64,000 nt of DNA. It comes from Octopus vulgaris (lineage: Eukaryota). Below are positions 37,827 to 52,284 of this stretch, piece after piece (the stretch's first letter is position 1; each line of letters opens with the position of its first letter). The translations under genes and the position numbers were made by a program. The notes beneath the pieces were generated by a model. It was not told the origin of the DNA and did no database searches. It was given only the letters and a program-made list of their open reading frames with translations. Location: positions 61,318,001 through 61,382,000 of the forward strand of contig OX597821.1 of the NCBI GenBank assembly GCA_951406725.2, in the 5' to 3' direction.

Positions 37827-39735
37827 CGAAGGAAAATGTGCTTGGCGACAGGTTTCGCTTTCGCCAATCATGAACTTATTGCAATTTCGTATGTTGTTTG
37901 TGGAGTTTGTGAATGAAAGGTTTACCATCTAATTGACGTAATTGATGATCGTTATTATTGGGGACAGGGGTGGGAATTTCTCATCTTTTGGAGAGACATA
38001 AAAGCTTAAAAGCTAAAGTAGTGAGATGATCTATATACAGTGAAGGGTATGTGATCAGGATTTAATATACGTACTGAGACCAAAGTTGGTTATGCTTTCA
38101 TATTTATATATGTTCTTTATTTTTCAATGAACAAATTTTCTTTACTTGAAAGCTCTTGTATAGAAATTTTTTATTTGGTAGATGGAGAAAAGTGTGTAGT
38201 TTGGTTGGATATTACCTGCACATCTCTCTAAATGAATCTGTATTGCGGGAACCGGATCTGTTACTTATGTAGTGTGGTTCTCCGTCCTAGTGTCATACTC
38301 GTCTGTCCTATATAGCTATATCCATAACCTTACAAAGTTATGACATAAATTAGATTCTCGGAAGCACCTGTCAAGTTCGTTTTAATTGAAAGCTCTTTCC
38401 TTGTTTGAATAGGAATTCCGAGCCTTCCAGTAGGTTGGGGCATATTCCAAGTTTGGGCGTCCACCTGGTTGAACCATTGGCTTCAGCGATTTGTATTGCA
38501 TTTTCTGTTTGGTGAATCGATGTATTTTCAGAATGTTGTTCATTTTTGATTTTCTGGCGAGCATTTTAAAATATTGTACAATAGTGTTGCATGCCTCTTT
38601 GTTCCTAGAGTTATGAATTGATATATGATAGTATTTTCAGATGAGGTGTGGTGTTATGTTTTGTTGCTCTTGATGTTTTACTGCCTAATTTCTTGGTACG
38701 CTTAATTCCATCGTTTATAAATGAGGGTGGACGTTATCTTTCAGTTAGTGTTGTGGTGAAGGTCCCGAGTATTTCTACCATTTCTGCAAATCTGATACAT
38801 TAAAGGGGACATTTCTTTTGATGTGTTTCGGGTGGTATGAGTTAAAAGAAGATATTACTTCAAGTCAGTTGGTTAAATGTCAGTTACAATTTGGTTCTTG
38901 ACTTTTTTAATCCTAATACCCAAGAAATCGAGTTGTTCTATGATATATTCCTTTGTAAATCCAAAGTTAGGGTTTATTTTATTGATTTAAATTCCAAACG
39001 TTTAACAATGGACTCATTTCAAATGATAAAGTGATCTGCCAGGCAACTGTCCCAGTTCTCACTTATATAAAGGGTGAAAGTTTATCCATATTTTTGCTGG
39101 GGTACTTCATATAGGGTGATTTCAAAATATTCCATCATTAGGTTCGCAAGAACAGGGGCTAATTTCGTTCCCATCGCAATTCCGGATTTTTAACCACAGG
39201 AGGTGCCATCAAATAGGAAATAATTGTTCTGAAGTATACATTTGAAAGCTTCAATGATAAAAACCTACTTTATGCGTTCAGAAAATACTTCGGGATATTT
39301 TCCAACCAGAGTTTTATTACTTCTATTCAATAGACATGTGAGATGTTGATGTAAAGACTACTAAGATCGAAGGAAACCAATAATATCACTTCATTAGTTG
39401 TTTTTGGTAGGTGCTCAAGCATGTCTAGATCATCTTTTGATGTATTTCAGCAAGGGTTTTAGTAGAATGTCTTCAAAATTGATTAGGCAGTGGGTTTCAC
39501 AGGCTCGGCCAGTTTCAGTGGGTCTTAACTTTAAGACTTCTTGCGCTTTGATATTTATGTATTTGCCTGGTGACTGTTTGCAGGCTTCGTTTACTCTCTT
39601 GCTTATGTGTATTTTAGGTACGTCGTAAAAAAGTCAATTTTTTGCATATGAAATTCGTGATATAATCTATTTATTTTACTGTCAGGCCGTTTCCATGTAG
39701 AAGAATTGAGGTTGCAGAATCTTTCATTATTTTAT
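37825..39735 (-). mobile_element. Penelope-like element pseudogene (RT + GIY-YIG endonuclease + 3' end)
   Basis: Minus-strand broken frames: VSFDLSSLYINISH, CILQNNYFLFDG...SGIAMGTKLAPVLANLMMEYFE, DFLGIRIKK...IVTDI, GASENLIYVI...YIGQT; GAAACCTGTC-GCCAA remnant at the 3' end. Confidence 0.9.
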
Positions 39736-39744
39736 GTTCTCTAT

Positions 39745-39915
39745 AGTTTACAAGCAAGGAGAGAGGTTCACAATTGAAATCAACTTCACTTGTGCTTCCG
39801 AGAATCTGATTTAAGTTATACCCTCCTCACACTTTGGACATAACTATATTGGACAGACACGTACGACCCTAAGACGGAGAACCTCACTACATAAAAAACA
39901 GATAAGTAACACATC
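39745..39915 (+). mobile_element. Inverted GIY-YIG fragment at the 5' side of the Penelope-like element
   Basis: NFTCASENLI*VI....GHNYIGQTRTTLRRRTSLHKKQI; homologous to minus strand 38260-38410. Confidence 0.8.
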
Positions 39916-39994
39916 CATGCATTTTCCTTCTTTTATTATATATACATATATATATATATATGTGTGTGTGTGTATGTGTGTGTGTCTGTGTGTA

Positions 39995-40044
<50 letters not shown>

Positions 40045-40047
40045 CAT

Positions 40048-40680
40048 GTCCTAAGCCACTTTGACTATTGCTCTCAGTTATGGTCACCATACAGTGTCAA
40101 GTTGATCACAGAACTTGAGGCGATCCAACGTAGCTACACGAAGAAGATAGCCTCTATGCAGAATATAAGCTACTGGGAAAGACTCAAGAGATTAAAACTA
40201 TATTCCTTGGAGCGTAGGTGGGAGCGATATGCCATAATATACATCTGGAAGATCCTGGAGGGACTTGTCCCAAACTTTGGCATCGAGAGCTACACAAATG
40301 CCAGAACTGGGCGCCACTGCGTGGTGCCTAGGACTCCAAATTTGCCATCAAGATGTAGGACAAGATACTGTGATAGCCTGGGCTTCCGAGGCCCACAGCT
40401 CTTCAATATCCTCCCGAAGAACCTAAGAGACCTGCATGGGGTGGATGCAGATGTCTTTAAAATGAAACTAGATCTCTTCCTGTCAGGTATCCCAGATGAA
40501 CCAACTTCACGGCAGGAGGTGCAGATGAGGGCAGCTGCATCGAACTCTCTCATGCACCAAATGGCAGTTGCTAAAAAGCTTTCGTGAAGTAAAACCATGT
40601 AGCAACACCAAATGGCGGTGCCCCAGCATGGCCACAGCTCATGAGCTGAAACTAGAATCAATCAATCAATCAATCAATCA
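40048..40680 (+). mobile_element. CR1/L2-group LINE, 5'-truncated, open ORF2 C-terminus + 3' tail (AATC)n
   Basis: Uninterrupted VLSHFDYCSQLWSP..ELEAIQRSYTKKI..YWERLKRLKLYSLERR..FKMKLDLFLSGIPDEP; stop at 40587; short tandem tail. Confidence 0.92.
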
Positions 40681-40959
40681 TACATATATATATCATCCGT
40701 GTCATTCTGTAATTGCACTTAGTGTGTATATGAGATAAAGCCTCTGTAATTAATGATTATTTCAAATAGGAAATATGTTTTACAGGCATATGAGATGAAC
40801 CTTCGGCTTTCTCTTGCTAGAGGGGCAGTTTAAAACCACATATTACTGGGTTATTAGTGTGATTATTGTATGATTCGTTGCTATTACTAATCACAGTATA
40901 TTTCGTTTATACTCGTAGCTAGCAATGCAATTATGTAAGTTTACTATTCAATTTTGCTT

Positions 40960-41032
<73 letters not shown>

Positions 41033-42267
41033 TGGTTATTGCTATGGAAGAATTGCTTAACACTTATATGACATTATCATAATACAGTAACTGCATATAT
41101 CAACAATATTTTATCGTTATTCTTATTTGTTTTCAGTGCGGAAAATATATCAGTTATTGCGAGTTTCAGTCGAAGTAGAAATAATAATCAATGGCGGATT
41201 TACAGCATGGATTATTTTAGCTGTAAAGCCTTTGAACGGGATCCATAATCCTCATTCTATCAAACCGTACCGAGATGAAATGGAAGTGGTGTGGCAATGG
41301 GTCGAGTGTTGAACCTTTGTTGATTTAAGCCTTTGTTGAAATTACAAATAAATGCACAAAATCGCATGGATATGTTAAATATACTCTATCATGTAATGGA
41401 AATATTATTCATTCTTTGAAATATTATCGTTTTACCACCGTATCTTCATGCAATATTGAAACTGAACTGAGATAGTTGAGAAAACGCGTTATAAATGCAC
41501 GGAGCAAATGGCAGAGGTAGGACATATGCGCATATATCAACTCAATTTTACGTTAGCTTTGATGTGCAAATATGGAAGTATATGGAAAACTCCTACAGTT
41601 TTTTGCGAAATATATAACATGAGTTAGATGATAACACTGGGAAAAGTTAATTCCTCACAATGTTTTTATAACAGCCACCATACTTCCGGCAAACGAATAT
41701 GAGAAATCAGCTTGTGAATAGATCAATGCGTTGTTTAAAAGAATTAAAATACTATTGCACACATCGTACACCTAGTGCACCTGATTTGATATGCAGTTTT
41801 TCTGTGAAGCGGGACTCGGCGTTCCCATGCATTTTTCACGTGTTTATGTAAGCATAAAGAATAGAAAACATTCTACTTGAAAATATGACCGTAGTCCTCA
41901 AAAGATGCGAATATCTTAAACACTAAATTGAACAACATACAAATGGTTTGTTTTGATGGAAAAACAAACATCAAAAATTTATATTAGAGAAATGTTAGTG
42001 CAATGCATATATATTACATTGTGAACGTCACTGAAGGACTCATTTAATCCAGCATTACACTACAGTTTACATTATAGTTACACTTCTTAATAAAGATTCG
42101 AATGTATAATATTTAAAAATGCAAATTGCTACGTGGAAGACAAATTAAACATTCAAAAACACAGAAATTCCTCAATATCACTTAAACAACCATTTGCAAT
42201 ATGATGTTACAATGTTTGTCGCTCAAAACTACGGTAATGAGAATATAGCAGCAGTGTGATTCAAAAC

Positions 42268-42351
42268 GGTATTATTTGTGTCTGTCCTTGTTTGTCCCCT
42301 CTGTGTTTAGCCCCTTGTGGGTAATAAAGATATAGGTATTATTTGTGTCTG
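42268..42351 (+). mobile_element. 50-bp SINE/LINE 3' tail insertion with 17-bp TSD
   Basis: GGTATTATTTGTGTCTG at 42268-42284 and 42335-42351; insert matches the tail of the SINE at 18189-18425. Confidence 0.85.
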
Positions 42352-42850
42352 AAAACTTGGATGTTCTGGTGTAGTTGTGGACTCATTGGTAAGCCTCTTG
42401 TCCTCCCTGTCATATTCTATAGTCGTGAAACTTGGGCACTGTCCGAGGACCTTTGGAGCCGCCTGAATGCCTTGGTACCATAATGTGTCGCAGGATTATG
42501 GGTTACCATTGGTGGAATTTCTTATCCAGCCAACGACACGAATCAGAAACTGGTATGAGTCCTGTTGGTCTTATAATCCGGGTGCACCAGGTCATACTGT
42601 TTGGCCACGTTTCTCGATTTGCGAACTAGATCCTAGCGTGTTCTTCTCAGTGAGGACCTGGTTGGTTTGACGGCTCGCGTTGGTCAACCACATGCTACAT
42701 GGCCACGGCAGATGAGGAGGCTTCTTGCTGAGATAGGGATTGAGTGCATTTCGTGCTGGACGGATCACCCGGGTGGACGCAAAAATATATTGACGGATGT
42801 AGAATGCAGTAACGTGCTGCAACCACGTATGCCCCCATACCTGACCTGTA
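42352..42850 (+). mobile_element. RTE-clade LINE, degenerate 3' end
   Basis: LVLPVIFYSRETWAL...CRRIMGYHWWNFLS...QVILFGHVSRF...GQPHATWPRQM; ends in ACCTGACCTG. Confidence 0.8.
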
Positions 42851-45269
42851 AGTGCGACCCTTTTACTGACAAAAAATGTTGACAGCAAATTACAAATAAA
42901 TGTTTAAGTGAAGGTGCAGATCTTTCTATGTTTTTGAGTGGCTTACTTATGTTTTCCAGACTACAACCACTTTAGTTTTAGGTAATAACCTCAGATCAAA
43001 ACATTTACTATGCAGTATCGTCTCCATTTATTAATAGTGTCATTTAAACCTGTGAAAATTGATCAAAGCAACATATGGTTTGTTATCTTTTGTACTTAGT
43101 GTTGCAAAACGACCAGTGTTTAGTTGTGAAAGTGTTCTAAAAAGATTTATGTTATATGAGAGCATTTATATGTAAAATGCTGGTCAATAAATGACATACT
43201 TAAACTAACTGACACAGATTTACTGAACTTGTGCCAGCGACGCAGGCTCTACGTGGTCAATTGAACTCTTATAAATAGCATCGACATCAACCCCAGATCA
43301 AAAGGCAGCTTCTTCTAAACAGCAGATAAATATATTAAATCTACAACAACCAAAAACGTAGACATGATTTTTTATGGTTGGAATGGCATACTGTTGGACG
43401 TAAACTGCCTAGACTATCTATAAAGTTATCCATCATAAGAAGAAAAGGTGTTAGTTTGTATTTTTAAAACAGCGGAGTTTTTAATTGCGTAGTTCACGCT
43501 CATGACACTATCTGACTAGTACTAAGTGACATTAATTGTGGGAAGTAAATGAAATAATTGAAGCTTCAACCTCATTATCAGTGTCTGAAGACAAGTAATT
43601 AATTTCCATATAGCACTGATGCTTGACACATACATCTAAATGATCTGCGTGGTAATATCTAATATTCACTGCATACATAATTGTTACGAAACTATTAAGA
43701 ATAATTTCTGTATCTTAAGAGAGCAAGGCTTTACATTTTTTGCAAAAGAATAATGGACCGAGTTTAGAGAATTTATCTTAAGTCTTGAAACTGTTTGTAC
43801 TATAGAAGTACACCTGGGTCTTTTGCGCTCGTCAGAATATCATTTAAAATATAACTCAAGAAGAACCGGAAATGTAAAATTATTATAAGCATTCTTTCAT
43901 TTTTAAATCACTGAGTCAACATTCATATTATAGCTGAGGTCATTAAACAGATTAAATACTTAGATAATATCAAATATTTGACGTAGTGATATTATTTTTA
44001 TCACCTGCGATATTTTAGTTCCACGGCTGATATATTCAGTGTCGAAATATCCACCAGATGCAGTGTAATTTGGTTCTACGAAATTGAGAGATCAATTGCC
44101 ACATAGATATCAAAACAATACTTAGATTCGTATAAAAAGTCTAAACGTATATGTTCCCAAATTCTCTTGTTACATTCAATTGTGATAATATATTCCTATT
44201 TATTTATAGCAACGGTTAATGTTGAAAATGTATAAACGTTTGAATAAGAAACAGCTGGTAGTTTACAATACTTTATATTACTGTATAAAATATTGCGTAA
44301 TAGAGTGCAGATTATTTATATTTCCAATATATCATTTTGATACATCGAATATGTTCAAACAGTATGTCTAATTTCAATATACGGAAGAAAGATTATCGTA
44401 TACTATTTTATCTTCTGCATCACAAATCTATGAATAACTTGTATCAGAACAGTTGTGAATTTGCACTTATAAATGAGGTTGCAAAACTCATTTACATTGC
44501 CAAATATTCAAAAGTTCGCGAATCATACTAAGAAATACTATCGCCTGTAGTTATACCATATTTCAAGTAAATGCCACGATATACTTTGGAGTGCAGACAG
44601 AGCTGTAAACGGCAAATAAACTTTGATATGGGGTGAATATCTGAAACACAAGATTTCTTTTTGGCAAAATTACTGATAACTTAAGAATATTTTGTAAAAT
44701 ATATATCTTGAAGACAATTTTATTACATTTATCACATTATTTCAGTTTGTTTACATTAAATATCAAATTATTCCTGTCTTAATAATTTGATGGGCACATA
44801 CACGTACACACACTGTACAGATGTAACACCACTAAAGAAAATATTAAGAAAGTTATACTCACGAAATAGGCCAGCGGTAGCAGCTAAATCAAAACCAAAT
44901 TGTATTTACCGTTTGAAAATATAGAGCTCTGATTAGATAAAGTTATTCTCTTTATCTTAATGAAGGAGTTTTTTATAGATAAAATGATTTTGATTCCGAG
45001 TCAAAATTATATTTTGTTATATTTCGTGCTACACACGTATTTCAATATTGCCACATGTGTGTTACGTGTATTTGCTGATAGAAGTGGGAAACATTTCCTT
45101 CCATAATTCCCTTCTTTGAATAAATGAAATTTGAGAAATATGTACGTTGAACCCCTCTATCTATTAGTAATTTCTTACTGAAAAATCTGCACAAGCCCTC
45201 AATCAAGTCGGCATTAAATGTACGGGTGGTGCACGTTTGGCCACATATAGAATGTTGAAGTGATAGCAG

Positions 45270-45380
45270 TGAAACGTATAATGAAGTGATTTCTTCTAGA
45301 ACAGAACGCACCACCCGCTCCCGAAATCGAAACCATAATTTTGCATACGAGATCTTAATCACCAGGCCAGCTCTTTCACT
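45270..45380 (-). mobile_element. Degenerate head of SINE family A/B
   Basis: Minus strand TGGCCTGGTGATTAAG...GGTTTCGATTTCGGGAGCGGG...GTTCTAGAAGAAATCACTTCATT. Confidence 0.5.
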
Positions 45381-45387
45381 CCCCATA

Positions 45388-45469
<82 letters not shown>

Positions 45470-45487
45470 CCTATCTATCTATCTGTC

Positions 45488-45533
<46 letters not shown>

Positions 45534-47296
45534 CGCACACACACACACACACACATACGAATAGACATGTCTGCTTGATTCTCTCTTAGAGCCCGTTTAA
45601 ATTTATGTTTCCTCATTCTCCGTAGCTAATTGTAGAAATAAATATAATCAAACTTCTGAATGTCCAACGTTAGCAGTGATATACTTTTTGCTAAACTTAT
45701 TTTCATTGTCCTCAGTTTCACTTATGAAGGAACTAAGTTCAGCTTCTATAAACTTTACAAAGGAAATTGCTGTTATTGATTATATCACAAGAATATTATG
45801 GAAACATTTTAATCTTCATAATTTGAACCCCCGACCCGGTCTAATACATGTATGAGTAAAACATTGAAACCGTGTCCTACAACAGCAAATTCTTATCAGA
45901 TATAATGCATGAAGTAAACTTGGATTGCATTATATAAGCTCTCATTTCTTTTAAACTATAAAATTCGTATTTGAAGTATATTTTGCTCCTGTTATTAGCA
46001 GGTTTAGAGACTATGTAACGGTGCCAAAGTTATGTCAAGTTGGATGTTAGAAGGTTAACTCAAAATCTAATTCCAAATTGATTTACATCTTTTGAAGACA
46101 ATAATGAAGGTATGTTTTAATAAATTAATTATGGATGCTGCTTTCATTTCATTTTAGACATTACATTCTATGATTAAGGATTTTCTGAAAAGCTGAACAC
46201 TGGAAACTTTTGTCATAGGTGAAATTAACGCCGTAAGGAAATTTACAAATCATGAATGCAATGAAGTGATAGTATGACAGCTGAAAGAAAATAATGAATG
46301 AAACTCACACATATAATTCTATCCAATTCAATTTTCTTATCAGTGCAACACAATAAAAATGCGGTGAAAAGGACAACATGCGCAAGCAGTAATAAATTCG
46401 AAAGACGTTTCAGGTGACAGTTTATAAAATATTAGTTATAGTCCAATATATTATAATGAAAACATCGATAATTGTAGAAGAATCATTACACTCAAGGCGT
46501 GCGTACAATATACATAGCTGCATCAATAATATATATTTCTCTATGCAGACGTGTATCAACCTAGTGTAATAAAACTGTATTGAAACTGATATTAGTTCAG
46601 AGAGAGCGATCGGTAAACCAGACAAAGACTCTTGTCACCTATTCAAAGAGAGAGTGTTTGCTTACTAGAGGAATGTGACCATTTTTGTTCTGAAGTGTAA
46701 CAAATTGTGGCTAGGTTTAGGCATACTGTTGCACGTATTAAGAACCAAATGACTTTGAAATCCAGAAATACGTTCCAGCATATTTTATTTAACTGTATTA
46801 TCTATTTTCACAAGGACATTTATACATTTTCATTCCATCGGCTTTTTCTATCTTCGTTGGCATTTCTTGCTTTGAATGTTACAATAAATCAATATACTAA
46901 AAACGGCATTCATATAAAGGATATATAGGAAAGACCATCGTTATATTGGAATGTCGTTCCTCCACAATGACAGTAAAATGAAGGACATTAAATATAATCC
47001 CTGAAATACTTTAGATGTATCGGAAAATTCAACCAATGAGTCATTTTATAGTCAAACGCTATCCTTTTATTACCTAAGCAAGCATCCACCTAATTTAGTT
47101 TTTAGGAGTTAACTTACAACAACTTAAACAACTGAGTTTGGAAACGGTACAGGCAATCAGAAGTTATATGTGCTAGGGATGCGATATAATACATATCGAG
47201 GTAGGGTGTGTATTTCGTATTATTCAGGTAAATTCTTATGACTCTTGTGTTTAATTCAGCGTAGAGGAGATGGCGCAATACACATACACACACACA

Positions 47297-47364
<68 letters not shown>

Positions 47365-47374
47365 TATATGTTTG

Positions 47375-48230
47375 CGAGGTGGTATCAAACAGTTCCCGAA
47401 CTAGATATTTTGATAAAAAATAACTTATTTACCTAAGTTTTAACAGCACCTTCTTCAAAATAGTCACCTTGCGCAGCAGTACACTCATTCCAGCGTTCCT
47501 GCCACTTTTGGAATCTGGCCTGGAAGTCGTTTTCTGTAAGTGAGTCGAGATCCTTCTGCGATTCGCTCTTGATCTCAACAACGGTGTTAAAACAGTGACT
47601 TTCTCTTGGTGGAAGTTGAAAGTCCTCAGGTGCTAAATCTGGTGAGTAGGGCAGGTTCAGAAGCGATACCATATTGTGTTTGAAAAGAAATTCCCAAGTG
47701 AGGAGAGCTCGATGACAGGGTGCATTGTCACCATGAAGAATCAAATTCTTCACGCTCCACATATCCGGTTGCCTCCGTCAAATGTTCTCCCTCAGCGCTT
47801 TAAAACTTCGTTGATTGTCCTCCGACGATTCTCATGCGCAAGCTGATGAATTTTCTTCACATTTCTGTGAGTGAAGCTCGTCTTCCATATCGTTCATCGC
47901 CTTCCAGGGACGTTCTTCCAGTTTTTAAGCGCCCGTGCCACTCGCAAGATTACGTACGACCCATTCCCTCGTCGCCGTAAACTTTCCAAAGCATGCTCAA
48001 TATCTCTGCAGCAGACTTTCTATGTTTAAAGGGAAAATCTCGAGTTGCCTCTTTGTTCCAGCTTCCTATCCATGATAGACATCGCAGGCTACAGCGTACA
48101 CCTGATCCCAAAACCTAAAATTTCACATGTGACATAAACGCAGCGTCATCACTCAGCACAGTGCTTCATGAAGGTTTCTGCAAACCCACTGTGTACGCAG
48201 CTGAGTGTTGTCATCTGTTGTCGTGCTACT
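47375..48230 (-). mobile_element. Mariner (DD34D-type) transposon relic, internally deleted
   Basis: N-terminus MDRKLEQR..KSAAEILSML.KVYGDE..EWHGRLKTGRTSLEGDERYGR; C-terminus LHGDNAPCH...PYSPDLAPEDF...FQKWQERW..C...GDYFE; TIR-like CGAGGTGGTATCAAACAGTTCCCGAACT on one side only. Confidence 0.9.
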
Positions 48231-48257
48231 GAACTAATCTTATATAATAACGAATAT

Positions 48258-48348
<91 letters not shown>

Positions 48349-50679
48349 CACGCCTGATGTAGAAGCGGAGAGAAAGTAGTAGTTCAGTGAAGGAAAAGTA
48401 GTGAGAGTAATAGTCCTGACTGAGAAGGAGTGAGAGAAAGTAATAGCAATGAGAGAAAGGAAATGTGATAGATGAATAATGAAAGAAGGGATAGCAAAAA
48501 TCAGCATTTCAACTCTGTGTGTATGTATGTGCATGTACAAGGAAATTATTGAATGTTTGTGTGTATGATTATTACGTACCTTATTTTGTATCTTATTTAT
48601 TTATAAAATGCTACCATCAGCCGTCATTATTGACGGCAAGTGGTCAGCTAGTATGTAGATATTATGTTCGACTGTGAGTAAACATAAGCAGAGACATATA
48701 TAATGAAGTCATGTGATTAATAATATACGTTGAATGTAGCTTGAACAATTTGATATTAACCTCTGCTCTTTCACAAATGCATGTCCTATTAATGAACATG
48801 GTAGTATTAATATATCTGAGTATTGATCGACTTCATTAGTCATAATCGAAATGAATAGAGATTATGTTTATCATTACTTATCGATCAATCATTTTGAAAT
48901 GAATATCCACATAAATAATGCCCAGATAGGAAACTACCGATGATTACTTCTCCATCGACAATGCAATTTTATTCTAATTTATATATTTCCATAAAGGTTC
49001 TTTGGGATCTGAAATTAAGTAATTGAGTTTAGAGGTGTAATCACTGAATGCACATCATTTGTAAAAGGCACAACGATACTGACTAAAATGCTTTGTGTGT
49101 ATTTGTTTGTGTCTATGATACTTTCATATCAATTTAAACTATGATGCCGACGTTTTTATAGTTTTTCTTCTCATACGTAGACATTAGGCAACCAAAAGCT
49201 GTTGGCTTCAGAGAGCATCTCATTTTGGTTCAAGAAGGCGTTATATATTTTAGCTTATAAAATCTAAAAGTAAATGAAAATATTTGAAAAGCACATATTG
49301 TCATCTTCGTTAACGTATAATTACGTCAGATATTCCGTCCATAAGAAAAATAATCCTAAATTATTAATATTTTTAATACACAATGAATTACTAAACGGAT
49401 ATGGATTAATCATAGTGTTCTAGTATGGTAGCGGCGTAGTAGGATGGTGAGAGAGGTGCTATGCTAAGAGAAGTAAAGGTGAATTAGGAGGAATGAGCAG
49501 GTAGAAGGAAGTAATACTTGAGAAGCCTTTGGAAATCCCAGAGCGTTAAGAAGGTAACGCCGTAGTGCAATTAAGAAGAATAAACCATTTATTACTGAAG
49601 AAGTGGTCTTGAATGTTTTCAAGATTTGACCGACAGCAAAGTAAATCGTGCACAGACTAAATATAATCATAGTGTGGAAGTGTGAGAGAAAAAAAGCAAT
49701 ATAGTCTATGACAATCTACTTTTATGTAATCGAGGCACATTTCTGTCGTGTAGCGCCTTCATCAGGCAAAGTCCTTAGGTTAACGAAATCGATTACAAGC
49801 AGACACACAACATTTATTTCTGAAAAAAATCAGTTGCGATTAAAATTTAATAATAAATTAAGAGTGCAGAAATGTATGTGCAAATTTTTAGTGATTAAAT
49901 ATTTAAATATTTAAAAATATGTTTCATGTTTTGGCGATTTGAACTTTGTGAAAGTTAGAAGAAAGATAATCAAAAATGATGACACGACTGAAATATAAAC
50001 CATGACTACAGACAGAGTGCAAAGTTCTTAACCAATATTCCATAGCACTATATACGAAATGGCGAATTTGATAGACTATTTTGTATCAGCATTAGAAAAT
50101 ATACAATCTTTGCATGGATACATGCTACTTCTGATCTTAGTAATATATTTAGTTGCTTTACATCTTGAATTCAAGGGCGGCGTTCTTTATTCGATTTATT
50201 CACGTAATTTAAAGAATTTAAAGTGATCTATACAGTTAGATACATTAAAGCTATACTTACAGGTGAAGGGAAGCAAGTAATTTTGCAACATTACTGCATA
50301 TAAGAGGTGAAAATGATTGTAAAGAATAGTCAGTATGATTTGAAAATTTGTCTATTTAGAAAGTTACTTCTGACGTTACAGCACGCAACGCGGTTATGCA
50401 TATATAAATCATATCATGAACTAAACCTGTACTAATATAATACATTTCATTTATCATACAGGATTGCATAATGAGAGCACTGGCAGTTTTAAAGCTTATT
50501 ATTAGCATTCAGAAATCTGTAGTTTAATATTCCTGCGTTTCCTCACTATATACACCCATACAGACACACACCTTACAGACACTAGCTGCTTAGAAATGGC
50601 TAGTAGCGTACACGCCTATATGTATGTATATGCACATATCTGTCTAAAATGATAGTGTTAATATCGACTGGTATTTGAG

Positions 50680-50752
<73 letters not shown>

Positions 50753-50757
<5 letters not shown>

Positions 50758-50970
50758 TTAATCCAAATATGAAAGCACAAAAAAACACAACAACGCGAGG
50801 ACGTGGAACAAATATAGTATTATTGGACGCTCAGGAAAGAAGGAAAGAAGGAGAGTTTAACGTTCGAGCGGAGCTCTTCGTCGGAAACATAGGAGAAGGA
50901 AAGATCAAGAGAAGCGAAGACAGAGGAAAAACATCCCCTACGGTACACACGCGGTCACATTTTGAATATA
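50753..50970 (-). mobile_element. TA-flanked short repeat with hammerhead-like motif (GAGC/GCTC stem II family)
   Basis: Minus 50887-50856: TTT-CCGACGA-A-GAGC-tcc-GCTC-GAA-CG-TT-AAA, then CCTGAGCGTCCAATAAT. Confidence 0.65.
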
Positions 50971-51017
50971 TATATGTATATATATGTATATATATGTAAA
51001 ATGGAATGACCGGAAGG

Positions 51018-51052
<35 letters not shown>

Positions 51053-51724
51053 TATATACGTATCTGTGTGTGTGTGTGTGTGTACTATTAAAGGGATAAT
51101 ATTTTATTTTCTAATTGTATTCGTCAGAGAATAAAATCCTATTCGCATCGTATGAAAACAGAACTATATCCAATTTGTACAAAACTGACTAGAATGTTTG
51201 TGTTCCAAAATGATATCCACAAATTACAATAACATCTTGAAAAGTGTGGTTATAACAATAATTAAAGTAAAAAACAAGTGAACATTTCTTTGTCCTACTA
51301 CTTATCTCTGAATTTTCAGTCATATACTTATTTTCAGAACAGGAACACACTAAACTATCGAATTGATGTTGAATATTTTAATACTAAATTTTCATAGATT
51401 CTACGAATGCGATAAATAAGAATAAAATTACACGTCTACAAGGGAAAAAATATTTTATAGCTTTCCAAACTGAAATACAAGAACGCATCAAACTTGAGCA
51501 ATTATTTTGTTGAAGATTTTAATCAAATCAAATGTGTAAGACTGTCGTAGATTTAATTTCAGTAGGATGAGAGATACACATTTTTTTGTTAGTATCAGTT
51601 AAATCTGTTGTTTCTACATGTGTATGTTTGTGGGTTTGTGAGTGTACGGATTGCTGGGAACGTCATCCATTTTGATATCGAGAGAATTGCGAAGAGTATT
51701 TTGTTCACTGTAAATCTATCCATC

Positions 51725-51839
<115 letters not shown>

Positions 51840-51868
51840 ATATTTGCCTGTCACTGTCTGTGTCTCGT

Positions 51869-51926
<58 letters not shown>

Positions 51927-52105
51927 TTATAACTTAGAACAAAACATGTAAAGGTTGTCATTATAGTACTCGGAGTTTCGAATGTCGGAGCGAAGATACA
52001 TTCTAATAAAAATATAATGACAACCTTTTACTGTTTCTTCTGAATTATAACATGTATAAATAATCTTCTATTTCTAATATCGAGGTCGCTTTTGTTGTTA
52101 CTTTT

Positions 52106-52119
52106 CATTATTATCATCA

Positions 52120-52215
<96 letters not shown>

Positions 52216-52217
52216 CA

Positions 52218-52283
<66 letters not shown>
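52106..52283. repeat. Compound (ATT)n/(ATC)n microsatellite
   Basis: Direct reading. Confidence 0.98.

Positions 52284-52284
<1 letters not shown>

Noticed and set aside
39964-40587. 207-aa ORF as a host gene
   Set aside because: The N-terminus is microsatellite and the rest is a truncated LINE ORF2 with a second copy at 10396-10659.
49720-49800. Minus-strand CTGATGA...GAAA as a hammerhead
   Set aside because: No stem II closing at GAAA and no stem I or UH in register; at best a decayed remnant.
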